From assembly GCF_009914755.1 (NCBI RefSeq), contig NC_060927.1: a stretch of DNA of 64,000 nt; one strand, written 5' to 3'. Position 1 is the stretch's first letter. Every line of letters starts with the position of its first letter. A program made the position numbers and the translations under genes. The stretch comes from the human T2T-CHM13v2.0 reference genome, Homo sapiens. Below the pieces are notes generated by a model. It worked only from the letters and a program-made list of their open reading frames with translations. It did not search any database and was not told the origin of the DNA. Below are positions 14,938 to 62,799 of the stretch, in pieces.

Positions 14938-16575
14938 ACATGGTCAAAGGGGAGAACGGAGGGACTATTTCAGGTCCCAGTTCTCTGGAGGTGCCAGGGG
15001 TAAGGGAAAGATAAAACCCAAGGCAGTCTGGGTTTGAGTTTCAATAGGGCAGGGAACCCTGGCTTGCTTTTTATCTTTTTTTCCCCTCCTTTCTTTGTCT
15101 TGGTTGTTTTAATGGAGGGAATCTCAAACCCAGTGCTCTTATCTCCTTCCAGCCAGTTTTGTGTGTCATGAATGTGTTCATGTGCAGGCTGGGAACAACT
15201 TTTCATTTAGTCCTCCTCCTCCCCTCTGTGCTCCCCAGCCTGAGAAACTGGTGATGGCAAAAACACCTCCCCTACATGCCCAGGCAGAACGCGTCCTTGC
15301 CATCCGAGCCTTACCCCCGAGAATCAGCGGGACTTACACTTCTTCGTCCTTTTCTCTACCTTGTTTCCCCCTTAAAAGAAAAACAGTCTTCCTAAATCCA
15401 TTTAGCATAAAACAGAGATTCCAGAGATGGAAACACTGGGTCTTCCAGGTGGCTTCTGAGCTAACTGATGCCATCCTGAGTTCTTGTGGACACCTGTTCC
15501 TGCCTGGGTCCCACAATCTATCCTAAGGGTCTCCTGCCCTCTATCCATCTCCATATCCTCTCAATCTTCTGCATCCCTGGCCCTGATTCTGAGGGCTGCA
15601 GGGCTCACAGAGCCTCCACATTCCCAGCCTCCAGGGCTGCGGCATGCTTGCATCACCCTGGGAAAGACAGCCCACTCTTCCCGCCTGCACCCTTCCCCAG
15701 CTCCCCCACCCTATCTCTAGTCCACAGACACAAGGGACAACAATGCCCCAGAACCCACCCCTCCCCGCTCGTGGACATGGAGAGCCTGACAATGGGGAGG
15801 GGGTCCTCTCAGGAGGGGCAGGCATCCCAGCAACCCTGGCCTGGGGAAGGGAAGTCAGGCTGTGAGATGCCCCCACCTGGTTTACAAAGTGAAGCCCGAG
15901 CCCTGACCACCCCAGATCCCTGGGGGCTCTAGCAGTCTATGCCTCTAGATTATCTACACCTCTCCGTGATTCTCAGATGGAGAAGAGGCGGTGGGCAGTG
16001 GCAGGGAGCCACCAAGATATCACGGCGCGACAGGAGGGGAGGTGCATTGTTGCTCCACCTTCCCAACACCTCTGTGTTCCCTCCCCAAGTCGGTCAGGTA
16101 GGCTCTTCTTACGGGGTGCTAGCTTAGAGGCCATTTCCACCCTCTGGCTCCCTGCAGGCCCCCTACCGGGATACCCCCTAGACGCACCCACACACCCACT
16201 CTGAGGGTCACTCAGAATGGCCATTGTTCTGTAGGCTGGGAAAGAACCACCCAACCCTCTTGCCTCTGGGCACACCCGGAAATGTGTTGCGGAAGCCAGG
16301 CCATCTCTGAGAACAAATGGCAGATCCCTTGGGGCTGCCAGCAGCCAGAGGGTGCTGGCTCCAGCTGGGTCTAAGAGCACAGAGAAGGGCAGGGAACAGG
16401 CTTCAAGAACCCAGCCCCTCCATTAGACCCCAGTAGCGGTGTGGGGGCAGAGACACCTGTCTCTAAGAGGCAAACAGACATCCTGACCCCTCTGCCCTAG
16501 CTGGGTGGGTGGGAGATGCTGGGGGCTGCTAGTGGGCCCCCCAGCCCATCCTGACCACCCCTCCTCTGCCCCCTT

Positions 16576-26291
<9,716 letters not shown>

Positions 26292-29119
26292 TCAGAGGTT
26301 AAAGTTGATGGGCTGGGTAGGGGCCTAGCTGGGCTCTGCCTTGTTCTCTGCCCCTCCACTGCCCACAGCAGAGACCTTCCAAACTGGCCCTGCCCCAATT
26401 CCAGGATATTCCAGCCCCCTGAAGCTTTGGCCAGACTCTCCAGCTCCCCTGGGTAAGGGTGGAGGGCCATTCCCAGCCCAAGGGGCGCCATGTCCTAGAC
26501 AGGTGTTTGAGGTCCGGCAACACTTCATAGAGCCAGCAAGAGATGACTGCCCAGCCTCTTCCACCCAGGCCTGTCCCCATCTGGCTTCCAGGCACCCCAG
26601 CCTCTCCCCACATCTACATGCCCCATCTCAGCTCACCAGGCTTGCTTTGGGGTAGGGGACAGGGGCATCAGGGGACTCCATGCCGAGGGAACCTCCCCTT
26701 GCCCTGCCTCCCTCAGGCCTCCAGTCCTTCCAGAGACTCAGGGTCCAGAGCTTCCCCAGGTCAGTGATGGTTCTTCCCAGGGACCCCATGCCCCATAGGC
26801 CCTACAGACACCTATGATCTCTTAGAGGTCACTTCCCCCACCCTGAATACTGACTGGGTGGCGGGGGGCACAGAAAGCCACAGAAGAGGGCCAAAGGGGA
26901 AATGGGACTGAGGGCCTGAATCTGGGGTGAGTGACGGGACCTCCCCATGCTCCCTGCCCCAGAACAGTCGCCACCTCACCCCACCCCAGAACCCTACACT
27001 CAGAACCTGAGGCCCTGGGCACTAAAGAGATTTTAATTTTGAGCTGGAGTTTGAGTTCCCAGGATTCTAACAGCTCCTGCAGGTTGGGCCTCCCACATGG
27101 ACCGGCCTGGGCCCTCTGATGGTGGTCAGGGAACTTGCGGGGCACTCAGAGAGGGAAGGACCTGGCCCAGGCCACAGAGCAGGCTGAGAATGGGTCCAGC
27201 TCAGCTCTGCCCCTTCCTGGGACCCTCCTTTGCTTCTGGGCGTTGTTGGGAGTATGGGGACCCCACCCTCCTCCCCTACCTCAATCCTGAAATGGAAACA
27301 GGTTGGCTTCTTGGGTCAGCATGACAGGTCCCAGAGACCTACAACTCTGCCTCCCTGTCCCCAGCTCCCTTCACTCACACATGCCTTCTTCAGCAGGGGG
27401 CTGGCCTGGAGGTGGGCAAGGGGCTGCCCACAGAGGCCAGTGATGGAGCTCAGCCCAGCCCTGCCTCTGGCCCTGCTGGAGAGCCTTGGCCAAGGCCCTT
27501 CCATCTCTGGGTCTGCCTCTTCCTCCCAGGGCCAGGGACCAGCCACCCTGGGTGTAAGCAGCCTTCATAACCTGATGAGTGGGCTTGCGCAGGGGCTGCT
27601 GTCAGGGTGACCATATCCTGGGACCTTGGAGTGGACTGCTTCTGTCTCTGTTTCCCTGGGGAGGTGTGGCCAGCACACTGCCCAAGCTGGGGCCAACTTC
27701 TAACTGGAGACTGAGCTAGGCAGCCCTTCAGCCAGCATGTGACCACCAGCGGCGGGCAGGAGGCCCAACACTCCTCAGCCTGCCAGCCCATCCTGGGGTC
27801 TCAGCTCAGCCAGACACCCAGCAGGGGCTGCAGGGAAGCCTGGGTCGACTGGGGAAGGGTGTGGGGGCAGCCTACTCCACACTGCGGAAAGAGCCTGTGG
27901 CAGGCTGGGAGTCCGAACTCTACTGTTAATGTGTGTGGCCTCAGTCAGGTCCTCTCCTTCTCTGGGCTTCAGTTTTCCAGGCCTGGGGGCAGAGGGTAGG
28001 GATCGTCTCTAAAGGCCCCCCTGCTTGCCAGCTGCAGGTGGGAAAGACCACAAGGGTGCTCCGAATTCGAGGATCAATGGGCCCAGACACGGGCATCGTG
28101 TGTCATCTAGTGGACAAAGAAGGAACTGCAGGAGGCCCCCAAACTCGCTGTGTCAGGCCCTGTGTTGGGGTAGCAGGGCCACCCAGCAGAAACAGCAGCC
28201 TCTTGAGGACGCTAGCAGTAACCAGGCAAACACAATATAAAGAAGCAGGAGCAGTGGAAGATGCTCCAGTGATTGCTCTTGATGGAGGAAATCAAGGGAG
28301 GCTTCATGGAGGAAGCACTATCCAAGCAAAAGCCCAGAAATGGAAAGGATGCAGCAAAACAGGCAAAACTAGGTGATGCATGAAGGATACAAAATGCCAT
28401 GTACTGGTGGGAGATGGTGAGCTGGGCTGATACCTATGTGAAGTGCGTGTTCATGCAGCAGGTGCCACCAGGTGGATATGTGGAGGGTCACAGCCCAGCC
28501 TCTCCCAGCCAGAATTCTGGGGTGGGCATGCCTGGAAGGAATGGATGCCCCCAGTCCCCTCCCCACCAATTTCATGGATGGAACAGGGATATTAGGACAA
28601 TGCCATGCCCCCTCCACCCCCACGGACCTCCAGCTGCTTGCAGAGGGTGAGCCCCCCCACTTCCCATCAGCCATCCCTCACAGCTCCTCCCGCCCCACCC
28701 CAACCCTCCTACAGTATCTTCTGGGGCTTCCATCTGCAAGCAGGGCCATTCATCTCCTCCTCCTGTCCCAGGACCTGTCCCCCTCCCCACCACAGCTGAT
28801 GAAAAGAGAGCCAGGACGTGGCAGAGCCCTCCTTCCCCCACTGCCCCTTCCTGACAATCCTCACTCCCTTCAACCCGAGCACACGTGGCCCTTGTCTGAG
28901 CTTCCCTGGACCCCATATCGCTTCTCAGCTTGGGTCCCTTTCTCTGTTCCCTGGGTGTTGCCCACACCCACCATCTCCCCTGTACTTCAGCTCACTCCTG
29001 TCAGGCTCCCACCCCTCTGCTCCACGGAAACCCTCCTGCTCAGGCGGCTGAGGCCTGGGGGCCTGCAAGTTCCCAAACCCTGGGGCCACCAGACAAACCC
29101 AAAGTGAGTGAGATTCTAC

Positions 29120-29450
29120 AGAATAACTGGCCTCAGCTCTTCAGAGGTGATGAGGAAACACTGAGGACCGTCACAGGCTGGTGGGGAGTAAGGAGACAGG
29201 AGGACGAGGTCACGTTAGTGCCATCTTGGATTGGTTCCTGCTCCAGGACAAGGACTTTAGGACAACTGACAGAACTTCAATAAGCTGTGCAGATTAATTA
29301 GCAGTGTTTATGTCAATATTCATTTCCTGTGTTTGATCCTTCTGTGGTTAAAATGTTAACATTTAGGGAAGCTAGGGTACCTGTAAATGGGAGTTCTTTG
29401 TACTATTTTTGCAAGCCTGGAATTTCAAAATGAAAAGAAAAAAAGCAAAA
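29120..29450 (+). mobile_element. Ancient L1M 3' end fragment
   Basis: GATTAATTAGCAGTGTTTATGTCAATATTCATTTCCTG...TTCTTTGTACTATTTTTGCAA followed by an A-rich tail. Confidence 0.6.
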
Positions 29451-30071
29451 AACCCCACTAAAACCTAGTGTTGGGAAGTAAGCTCCACTTCCCAATACCC
29501 CACGGCTGAACCTGTGTCTCCTCCCAGCTTCCATATCTCAGGAAATGGCAGTTTGGCCAAAAAGCTAAGGGTCATTTTGGATTTTCTTATTTCTCACCCT
29601 TCACATTCAAGCCTTCAGCAAACTCTGTCCATTCTAGTTCCAAAATGTGCCTTGAATCCATGTACCCCTGCCCACTCTCCCCAGCACCCCACTGTACTGG
29701 AAGCCACCGGGCTTTCTTGCCCAAAGCCTGCCGCCGCTTCAGGCCAGCTCCTAGCTCCGTCTCTCCCACCCCTTTTGCCCTCTGCAGCCATCACCCCTTA
29801 CATTGACTGGGTCCTCATGGGGCCTGGCACTGCCCATGTCTCCCAAGACTGCTGGGGCTTGGTTTCCAGCCCAACACTGCCTTTCTGCTCCTGAGACCTT
29901 CCCAGTCTTTCTCCATGGCCTCCCATGGCTGGTTCCCTGTGGTTCCCCCAGATCTCATGCAGAGTCAGCTCCTCTAGGGAGCTTTCCCAGACCACTGTAA
30001 CTCATGGGCCCACCATGCCTCCAGTCCCCACTCCAGCCCACGCTGGCTTTCCCACTGTACTCATCTCCTTA

Positions 30072-30881
<810 letters not shown>

Positions 30882-32014
30882 TCACAAGGGCAGGCCTGAA
30901 GGGACTCCTCTCTGCTCCCCTCAGGTCTCTCCAGGGACCAGAAAGCTCTTGCTAGCGCTGGCCTCCATCAGAGGCATTTTTAGAATTCCAAGACCATCTC
31001 TGGAATGCCAGGCCTGTCTGGGGAATGCCAAGGCTGGGGCACAGGTGCAGAGAGAGTGGAGTGGCTGGGCGGGGCAAGGTCAGCTGACGGCATTCTGGCT
31101 ACAGCCTGGGTGCTGCTGGCAGCTGTCCCTCCTGCGAACACCTCTGCTGACACTTCCACTTCCTTGCAGCCCCCAACGCCCACGCCTCCAAGACAGCATC
31201 ACTGTCTGGCGGCAGCTCTGGACTGGGTGCTCCCACTAAGCTGAGAGCTGCCAGGCCTTGGGCCTCCATCCCTGCCAGGGAGAGAGACTGGGCCACAAGA
31301 GATGAGCCTCTGAGGTTCACGGGAACTGGAAATCATGTCCATTTGGATGTGGCCCATCCGACAGGGCCCTTGGCTGGAAGCCAGTTGGCTCTGCTCTCCC
31401 CCACACTCACTGGATGACCTTGACAGGTCCCTGCACCTCTCTGGGCCAAACAGGTGAGGGGAGATAGAGCCGACTCCATGCCCCTCTGTCCCTGGGAGTC
31501 AATGTTGCTGGCAGGAAATACAAGCAAGTGGGCGGGTGGACTAGCACTGTGAGCCTGCAGGGACCCCACAGGCTCAGCTCCATTCCAGCCACGGCTGAGA
31601 GGTAACAGGGGTTGCTGTGCCAGGGAGCATCCAAGGGCCTGGCTGTGTACCACAGTGAACCACTCTCTCCAAGTAGAGGACCCCTAGGCTGCCACAGTGG
31701 TTGACCAAAGTGATGGCCCCCAGGAACTTGTGGGGGTTCTAGGCCCCCACAGACTCCAGATGCTGAATCCCTAGAGATGGTGCCTGGGCCTGAGGAGTGA
31801 TAGAGGGCAGCAAGCAGGGCAGGCCACACGGCAGTCTCCGATCTCATCTCACCCCCCTGCAGAAGGCAGTGTGGAGCGGTGGTCAGGCGCCAGGCTCTGC
31901 AGCCAGCCTGCCTAGGACAGGGAAGGAAGCGGCCATTGGGTAAGAGTGGGTCCTGGGGATGAGTCCACGGCCCAGGGACACCAGAGCCAGATAGCAGACC
32001 TTGGGAGAGCAGGC

Positions 32015-32020
32015 TTTATT
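32015..32020 (-). terminator. TNNC1: TNNC1 polyA signal AATAAA
   Basis: TTTATT on +, about 155 nt past the stop codon. Confidence 0.92.
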
Positions 32021-32175
32021 TGCATCCCCCAGGACAGATCTGGGGAGGGAGTCGGGGGATTTGGGGTTGAGGACATGGCCAGGCTCAGGTCCTGGGACCC
32101 CGACCCCCTCCCCAACCCCAGGACTCAGCTGGAGTTGGAGGCTGGGCATAGGCAGCTCTGGGTGAAGGTCAGCAT

Positions 32176-34916
32176 CTACTCCACACCCTTCATGAACTCC
32201 AGGAACTCTGTGGAAAGAGGGGCAGGTGTGGGTTGAGGGTAGGGGCTGGGCAGGGCATGGAGGCAGGAGATCAGCCCACCCACCCGCTTACCATCATAGT
32301 CGATGCGGCCGTCGTTGTTCTTGTCTCCGTCCTTCATGAGCTCCTCGATGTCGTCCTCCGTGATGGTCTCGCCTGTAGCCTGCAGCATTATCTTCAGCTC
32401 ATCCAGGTCGATGTAGCCATCAGCATTTCTGTGGGGAGGGGGCTCAGGGTAGGGCTGTGGGGAGGGCATGAGGCAGCCCCACCCATGCCCCAGGAGGCAG
32501 AGCAGGGACACTGGGAGATGGGGCATCCCTCTCCCCTATCAGGCAGAGGCCACAGGGTCCCTAGGCCTGGAATCTGAGACTGCCCTCCTGTACAGCTCGG
32601 CTTGAGTGTGGGTCAGGGTCAGAGGTCAAGGGTCACGTGCTCACTTGTCAAACATGCGGAAGAGGTCAGACAGCTCCTCCTCAGATTTCCCTTTGCTGTC
32701 GTCCTTCATGCACCGAACCATCATGACCAGGAACTCATCAAAGTCCACCGTGCCGCTGCCTGGGGGTGGGCAGCATGGCCGTTACAGAGGCCAGGGTAGG
32801 TACTGCAGGCAGCACCTTCGACACGAACCCCCATGTTCTCACCGCATCCTCACACCAAACGCCAGGCTTGTGTAGCCCTTATGCCCATTTTATAGATGAG
32901 GCAACCAAGGCTCGGATAGGCTAAATTGCTCCCAGCTAAACAGAGCCAGCATTCCAGCCCCCAGCCAGCTGGGGTTCTTCTGGAGCCTGGGGAGGAGGGG
33001 GCTCACCGTCCTCGTCCACCTCATCGATCATCTCCTGCAGCTCCTCAGGGGTGGGGTTCTGGCCCAGCATCCTCATCACCTTGCCCAGCTCCTTGGTGCT
33101 GATGCAGCCATCCTCAGCGCCCAGCACGAAGATGTCGAAGGCTGCCTTGAACTCTGTGTTCAGGGGTTGGGGGGCACAGTAGTCAGGGCTCAGCAGCCAG
33201 GACCACGGAGGGCCAGAACCCTGGGGCCACCTGCCAACCTGCCCACCTCCCTCGGAGACCTCTCTGAGGGCAGAGCAAGAGGGACCAAGCCTCTGGTCTC
33301 TGGCCTGGGGTCCTCTTCTGATAAGGGGTCCCCATGCCAGCCTGGACCCGCTGGTCTCCCACATGTGTGATAGGGATTCTCACCATTTTTCTGCTCTTCT
33401 GTCAGCTGCTCTACCTAGAAAGGAAAGGGAATCTCAAGGCTCAGACTCAGGTATAGCTGCTGCTGAGGAAACCAACCCATTCCACAGGTGAGAAGGCTGG
33501 AGCTGGAGGAGGCAGGCTATTTCCAGGCCACAGAGTGGAGGTCTCAGTCCTCCCTCCCTGCCCCCAAAGCCCTGACGTGACCCAGCTGGCCTCACTGCGA
33601 CTGGGCTCAGGGCCAGGGTGACAGGTGGGCACCCCCTTCAGGACCAAGGTGACCCTCAGTAACAATAGTCAGTGACCACTCAATGCCCTTTCGGCCCCTG
33701 ATGAAACTCAAGCTGGGTGGCCCGAAGGACAGCTGTCCCTCAAGTTGGGATAATAAAACCAGTGTGGAGGCAGGCAAGCCACCCACGGTAACCTGACCAG
33801 GGTGGCCACTGGGCTATTTTTAACGAGGAACAAAGTTAAACCTGGTGATTGTTCTGGGGACTTTGGCATGCAGGGGGTGGGGCAGCGTTATCTGGCCCCC
33901 TGGCCTGCTAGTGCCGCCTCAGAAGCCAAAATTAGTCCCCAACTCCGCCAGGCCTTGTATGGGCACTGGGTGGAGGGCTGTCCCCACCCCGGCTCCATGG
34001 ACTCCCACAGGATAAGCAGGCGTGCCCCCAGAGCTGGCTATAGCACTTCCCTGCCCAGGAGTGAGGGAGGCTGAGGGAGGGGTTCCCCTGGGGACAGCTG
34101 GCCATGCCAGGATGTCCTTGCTCTGGGGTTGGGGGAGGTCACCACCACCCAGGATAGAATAGCATCTGAAGACCCTCAGTGACCCAGGAGGTTGCAGGGG
34201 CTTGGGGTGACCACTCTCCAGCCCTCATTCCCTCGCTCTCACCCCTAGCTAAGCCACTGAGCCCTGAGCCTGCCAGGCATGATGGGAGCTGGGGCCCCAG
34301 TTCTCTGTTCCTTCTTCCTTGGTTCTCCCTCATGTCCAGAACTTCCCTGCCTCAAACTTCAAAGCCCCATCTCCAGCCCAGGACTCAGGCTCTACAGACC
34401 CCTCCTCTCACACCCTCCACCCTCCAAAGCATCTTCGGCCCGCCAAGGGGCTGGAGTGGGGTGGCAGATTTTGAGCATGTGAGAAGCAGAATGTGAGGGG
34501 CAGAAATGGGGGTTGGGGACAGGGAGACAGTAATGGGGACTCAGACAGCTCAGGAGGAAGAGATGAAAAGAGAAAGGCAAAAACGTCCAGAGACAAATGC
34601 AGAGACATGTGGCTGAGCGACAGTGCCACAGACCACAGACACTTGGAAACAGAGAGTGAGACACGATGCTGAAAGCTGCAACCTCCTCCACCACCCTTCA
34701 GACCCGGAACCCCCTACCCCTTCTGCATCCTCAAACACCAGAATCACTGTCCCTGTGAGGGCCTGGGTTGAAGGCACGTAGGCCTTCTCCTTGGTCCCCA
34801 CCACTTCCCTGGGGCTACTAACCCCGCACTCTCAGCTGAGTGAGCCCCCAGTGGGCCTGCCCACCCCAGCCCTACCCAGCCCTGTCCCTCACCGCAGCCT
34901 TGTAGATGTCATCCAT
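32176..34916 (-). CDS. TNNC1: Troponin C, slow skeletal/cardiac, complete, 161 aa
   Basis: Exons 34916-34893, 33414-33384, 33153-33007, 32759-32645, 32428-32292, 32207-32176; 486 nt. [37 protein letters not shown]...[12 protein letters not shown]...[12 protein letters not shown]...[21 protein letters not shown]. Confidence 0.99.
33779..33893 (-). promoter_or_regulatory. TNNC1: TNNC1 intron 1 skeletal-muscle enhancer (MEF3, MEF2, CACC)
   Basis: MEF3 TCAGGTT (-) at 33790-33796; MEF2 CTATTTTTAA at 33814-33823; GGGGGTGGGG at 33873-33882. This is the motif set described for the slow/cardiac troponin C intron enhancer. Confidence 0.8.
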
Positions 34917-34964
34917 GCTGGCGGCTCACAGGACAGCTTGCTGGGGTTGCCAGCCGGCCCTTGA

Positions 34965-35075
34965 CTTAAATAGCCCTGCCCCGCTGCATTCCTGGCCCAG
35001 CCCAGCCCAGCCCAGCCCACCCCTGCGTGTAGTATCCTCCAGCCCCTCCTCTGGTCCCAGTGATCTCAGGCTGGC
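34965..35075 (-). promoter_or_regulatory. TNNC1: TNNC1 proximal promoter / cardiac enhancer (TATA-like TATTTAA, M-CAT, CACC box)
   Basis: CTATTTAAG (-) at 34965-34973; CATTCCT at 34987-34993; (CCCAG)4 followed by CCCACCCC at 34996-35023. Confidence 0.8.
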
Positions 35076-35309
35076 CTGAGTCCCCATGTCCTCTGCCCAG
35101 GGCAGGGAGCAGACGAACGGCTACAAGGACCAGGTTTCTTTCCCTCCTGTCCCCCACACTCCCCAAAGGGACTCTCTGAAAAGGTTTCTGGAATGAATGA
35201 AAACATAAGCCCAGTGCAGGACAGGAGCTACAAAGTCGTGGGCCCCAGGCAAGGTGCAACACAACAGCTCAGGCTCCCATCCAACCAGGTTGGCGGGTTG
35301 CCATGACCT

Positions 35310-35410
35310 CCACTTTCCAGATAAGGAAACTGAGGCTCTGGAGGAGTGGTGACTTGCCCAAGATCTGACTGACTTGGTAACCCCCGCCTTTAACTAAACC
35401 TCTCTGGAAT
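35310..35410 (-). mobile_element. MIR fragment (similar fragments at about 32880-32960, 36130-36230, 37930-38150 and 53840-54050)
   Basis: CAGATAAGGAAACTGAGGCTC...GTGACTTGCCCAAG MIR core. Confidence 0.7.
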
Positions 35411-36542
35411 GGGGGTGCAATGTGCAAGGAGAGGCTAGGAGTGCAGGGCCCTGCCAAGAGAAGCCTCGAATGCCAAGCTCATAGTAAGATGCTGTGGAAC
35501 TGGTGAAGGAGGAAGTGACTGACGCACCTTAGGACAGGGTGGCCAGGAGCCCTTCTGCCAGAGGAGCCTGTCCCAGACCTCCCATCTGCCCAGGGAGAAG
35601 TACCCACTTCGGGCTTAAGTCAGCTGCTCTGTTATTCAACAGCACCCCTATAGATGCCCCATCTGTGGCAGGCTCTTTCCCTCCTCACCCTCCAATTAGG
35701 TTACCACCTCCCTCTTCTAGGTCTCATCTTTCCCCGGTTTAGGATTCAGCACTGTAGTTCCTGGGTCCAGATCAACCTGTCTCCCTCGTTTTGAACTTTG
35801 GCAGGCCACCCCGTGGGGTTCTTGTGCTCAGTGGCAGCACACACCCCTCCATCCACCTACACCTTCCTTCGTACAGAGTTCGTATCAAGTTTATCCCTCT
35901 TGATAAACACGCTCCCTGCCTCGAGCACTGGGCCGCGTGCTGGGCCGCGCATCAATCAGCCCACTCAGTTGTCCAGAAGCCCCACTGACAAGAGATCTCC
36001 GAATCTCAGAGAGGTTCAGAACTGGCCCAGAATCACTCTCGCCCTGCTCCGGCGGTAAGCACAGGTCCTATTTTCCCCTCCAACCTGCCTTGCCCTAAAG
36101 AGAAAGAGCCCAACAGCCAGGTGAGGCACTATTATGGCCTCCTTTATCAGGAGGAGTAAACTGAGGCCAGGAAGAGCAGTGACTTGCTTCGTGTGGCCTG
36201 GGAGACTCGGGACCTTCTGTCCCCTCTTCCCGAGGACCCAGGGGCGATGCCCAGAGCTGTCACCACCCGGGGTCTCAGTTTCTAGCAGGCTGTGCAGGGT
36301 ACCGCCGGCGGCGCCACGCAGGTAGATTACGCAAGCGAGCACCTCGCACGCGCGCCCTGAGTGGCCCCTGTCAGTCACGCGCGGGGGCGGGGCGAGGGCG
36401 CAGGAAGAAGGCGGGGCCAAGATGGCGGCGCAGCGCGCGGCGGGGGCGTCGGGCGGCGGGGGCCGGGGGGCGGTGGGACGTTGACCCCGCCCCCTGCTGC
36501 TGCTAGTCTGCGCCGGGCGGCGGTGGCGGCGGAGACCCGAAC

Positions 36543-61199
<24,657 letters not shown>

Positions 61200-61423
61200 G
61201 TAATCGTGTATGTATCTTGCTTCTAGTGGAGCCACACAGCCCTGCCTGGGCCCCCTGGCTGGGCTGGGGTTGGGGGAGAGGTGCCAGCACCTGCTTCCAA
61301 CAGGGTCAGACACAGGGAGGGCAGTGCCTTCTGCAGGCTGGTCCTCGCGGGGGGACACATGGCAGGGGTGCCTGGCCTGATGCCAGCTGTTGCTTGCTTG
61401 GTGAGGACTCCCAATTGCTCTGA
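61200..61423 (+). CDS. NISCH: NISCH alternative C-terminus by read-through of the exon 13 donor (583-aa isoform)
   Basis: Frame stays open to TGA at 61421-61423 ([13 protein letters not shown]...GEDSQLL*); 509+74=583 aa, matching a short isoform I recall. Confidence 0.7.
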
Positions 61424-61782
61424 TGCCCACATCCAGCTCCTCTAGGAGACCGCAGGGTGTCTGACAGGCCCTGAGGCTGCCCTCTGAACAGGCTCGGGGC
61501 TGTTGGCTCATGGGACCCATTCCCTCACCGGCAGCACAAGCAGGTTGGCTCCTGGTTACAGGAAGCCGGGCTTGTGACTTTACTGTCTGGAGCCCGAATC
61601 CCTGTGCAGGGAAAAGCTTGCTTTTATCACTGCCTCATCTCTGTGGGGTGACCCAGCCCCAGAACACCATGTTTGTGGGGCCAAGATGGGCCATCTCTGT
61701 CCCTGTGGACCCATGGAAGACCAGGCCCATTCGTCTGCCCACTATCTTAGCGTTTTCAAAGGGCTTTCACCTCTGAACCCAG

Positions 61783-61802
61783 GCATCCTCGGAGATGAGT
61801 GA
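61783..61802 (+). CDS. NISCH: NISCH alternative terminal exon (G)ILGDE* (515-aa isoform)
   Basis: Acceptor ...ctttcacctctgaacccAG at 61781-61782; the phase-1 join gives G-I-L-G-D-E-TGA, total 515 aa, matching a short isoform I recall. Confidence 0.75.
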
Positions 61803-62793
61803 GTGAAGCAGGTCTCATGAGCGTGTCTGCTGGCCCGGCCCCCACGGAAGAGGGGAGGGTGTGCCGTCCCGAGTGGAGCCGAGGCTCGGGACACGCAGGA
61901 AAGGACGCCGCCTGCCCGGGCTCCTGGAGACGCAGAACTTGGTGTGAGGTCTTGGGAAAACAGTTCAACCCGATGTTTTAAGAGCCAGAAAAACATTCCC
62001 ACCCCTTGACCTGGTAACCCCACTGGTGGGGATTTTCTCTTAGAGGGATAAGATACCGGGAAGGGGAGGTGAAATGCTCACCACTGCCAAAACACGGGCT
62101 GCAACTGCAACATCGGAGGATGAGAGGGAGAGTCGGCTGTGGTGCAGAATGCTCAGCAGCCCTCCCAGCAGGGACAGGAAGACTGGGCAGGAAGAGGGGA
62201 GAAGCATTCAAGTTAAGGCAAAAGGCCCAACGCAGAGCAGCACACTGAGGTCACACCTGTGAGATGTGGAAGAGAATTCCTGAGCGTGGAGCGATGGGGT
62301 TAGGTGCCAGGATGATTGCCCATTTTGCTTCTGTCAGACTCTTGACTAAGGATTTCTGGTTGCATTTTATTACATAAAAGCCAGGGAGGTTATATCACGG
62401 TGAGAAAGCTTCCCTGACGCCGCCTCCTGTAGCGCAGCCAAGCGAGCCTGTGGAGGTACCATATGACTGTAGGCCTCTGGGGACAGGGAGCTGCATCTGC
62501 TTCTCAAGGCCAGGGACACAGCCATTTCTGCCAGCATCTGTTGATCAGTGAGTGAGTGAGTGGGCAGGTAGAGCAGGAGCCAGTGAAGAGCAGGCCCTGG
62601 ATGGGTGGGGATGCACCATGTCCCCAGGCTGCAGCTGCAGGCAGCCCCCCACATTGTCGGAGAAGCCTCTGCACCAGCTCAGCCCCCTCCTCACTCCCCT
62701 TGTGCCCTGGGGACACTCTGCAGAGGGGCACTCTGCAGTCTGTCCCCGCCATCGCTGGACTTCTGGACATGGCCTCCAGATTTGCACCTCTTA

Positions 62794-62799
62794 AATAAA
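62794..62799 (+). terminator. NISCH: Intronic polyA signal for the short NISCH isoforms
   Basis: AATAAA followed by GU/U-rich TGTCTTTGTGTG at about 62811-62822. Confidence 0.75.

Noticed and set aside
28472-29107. 211-aa Pro/Leu-rich ORF upstream of SEMA3G (similarly 20168-20857 and 54014-54661)
   Set aside because: No domain signal or splice structure; typical chance ORFs in GC-rich DNA or antisense to introns.
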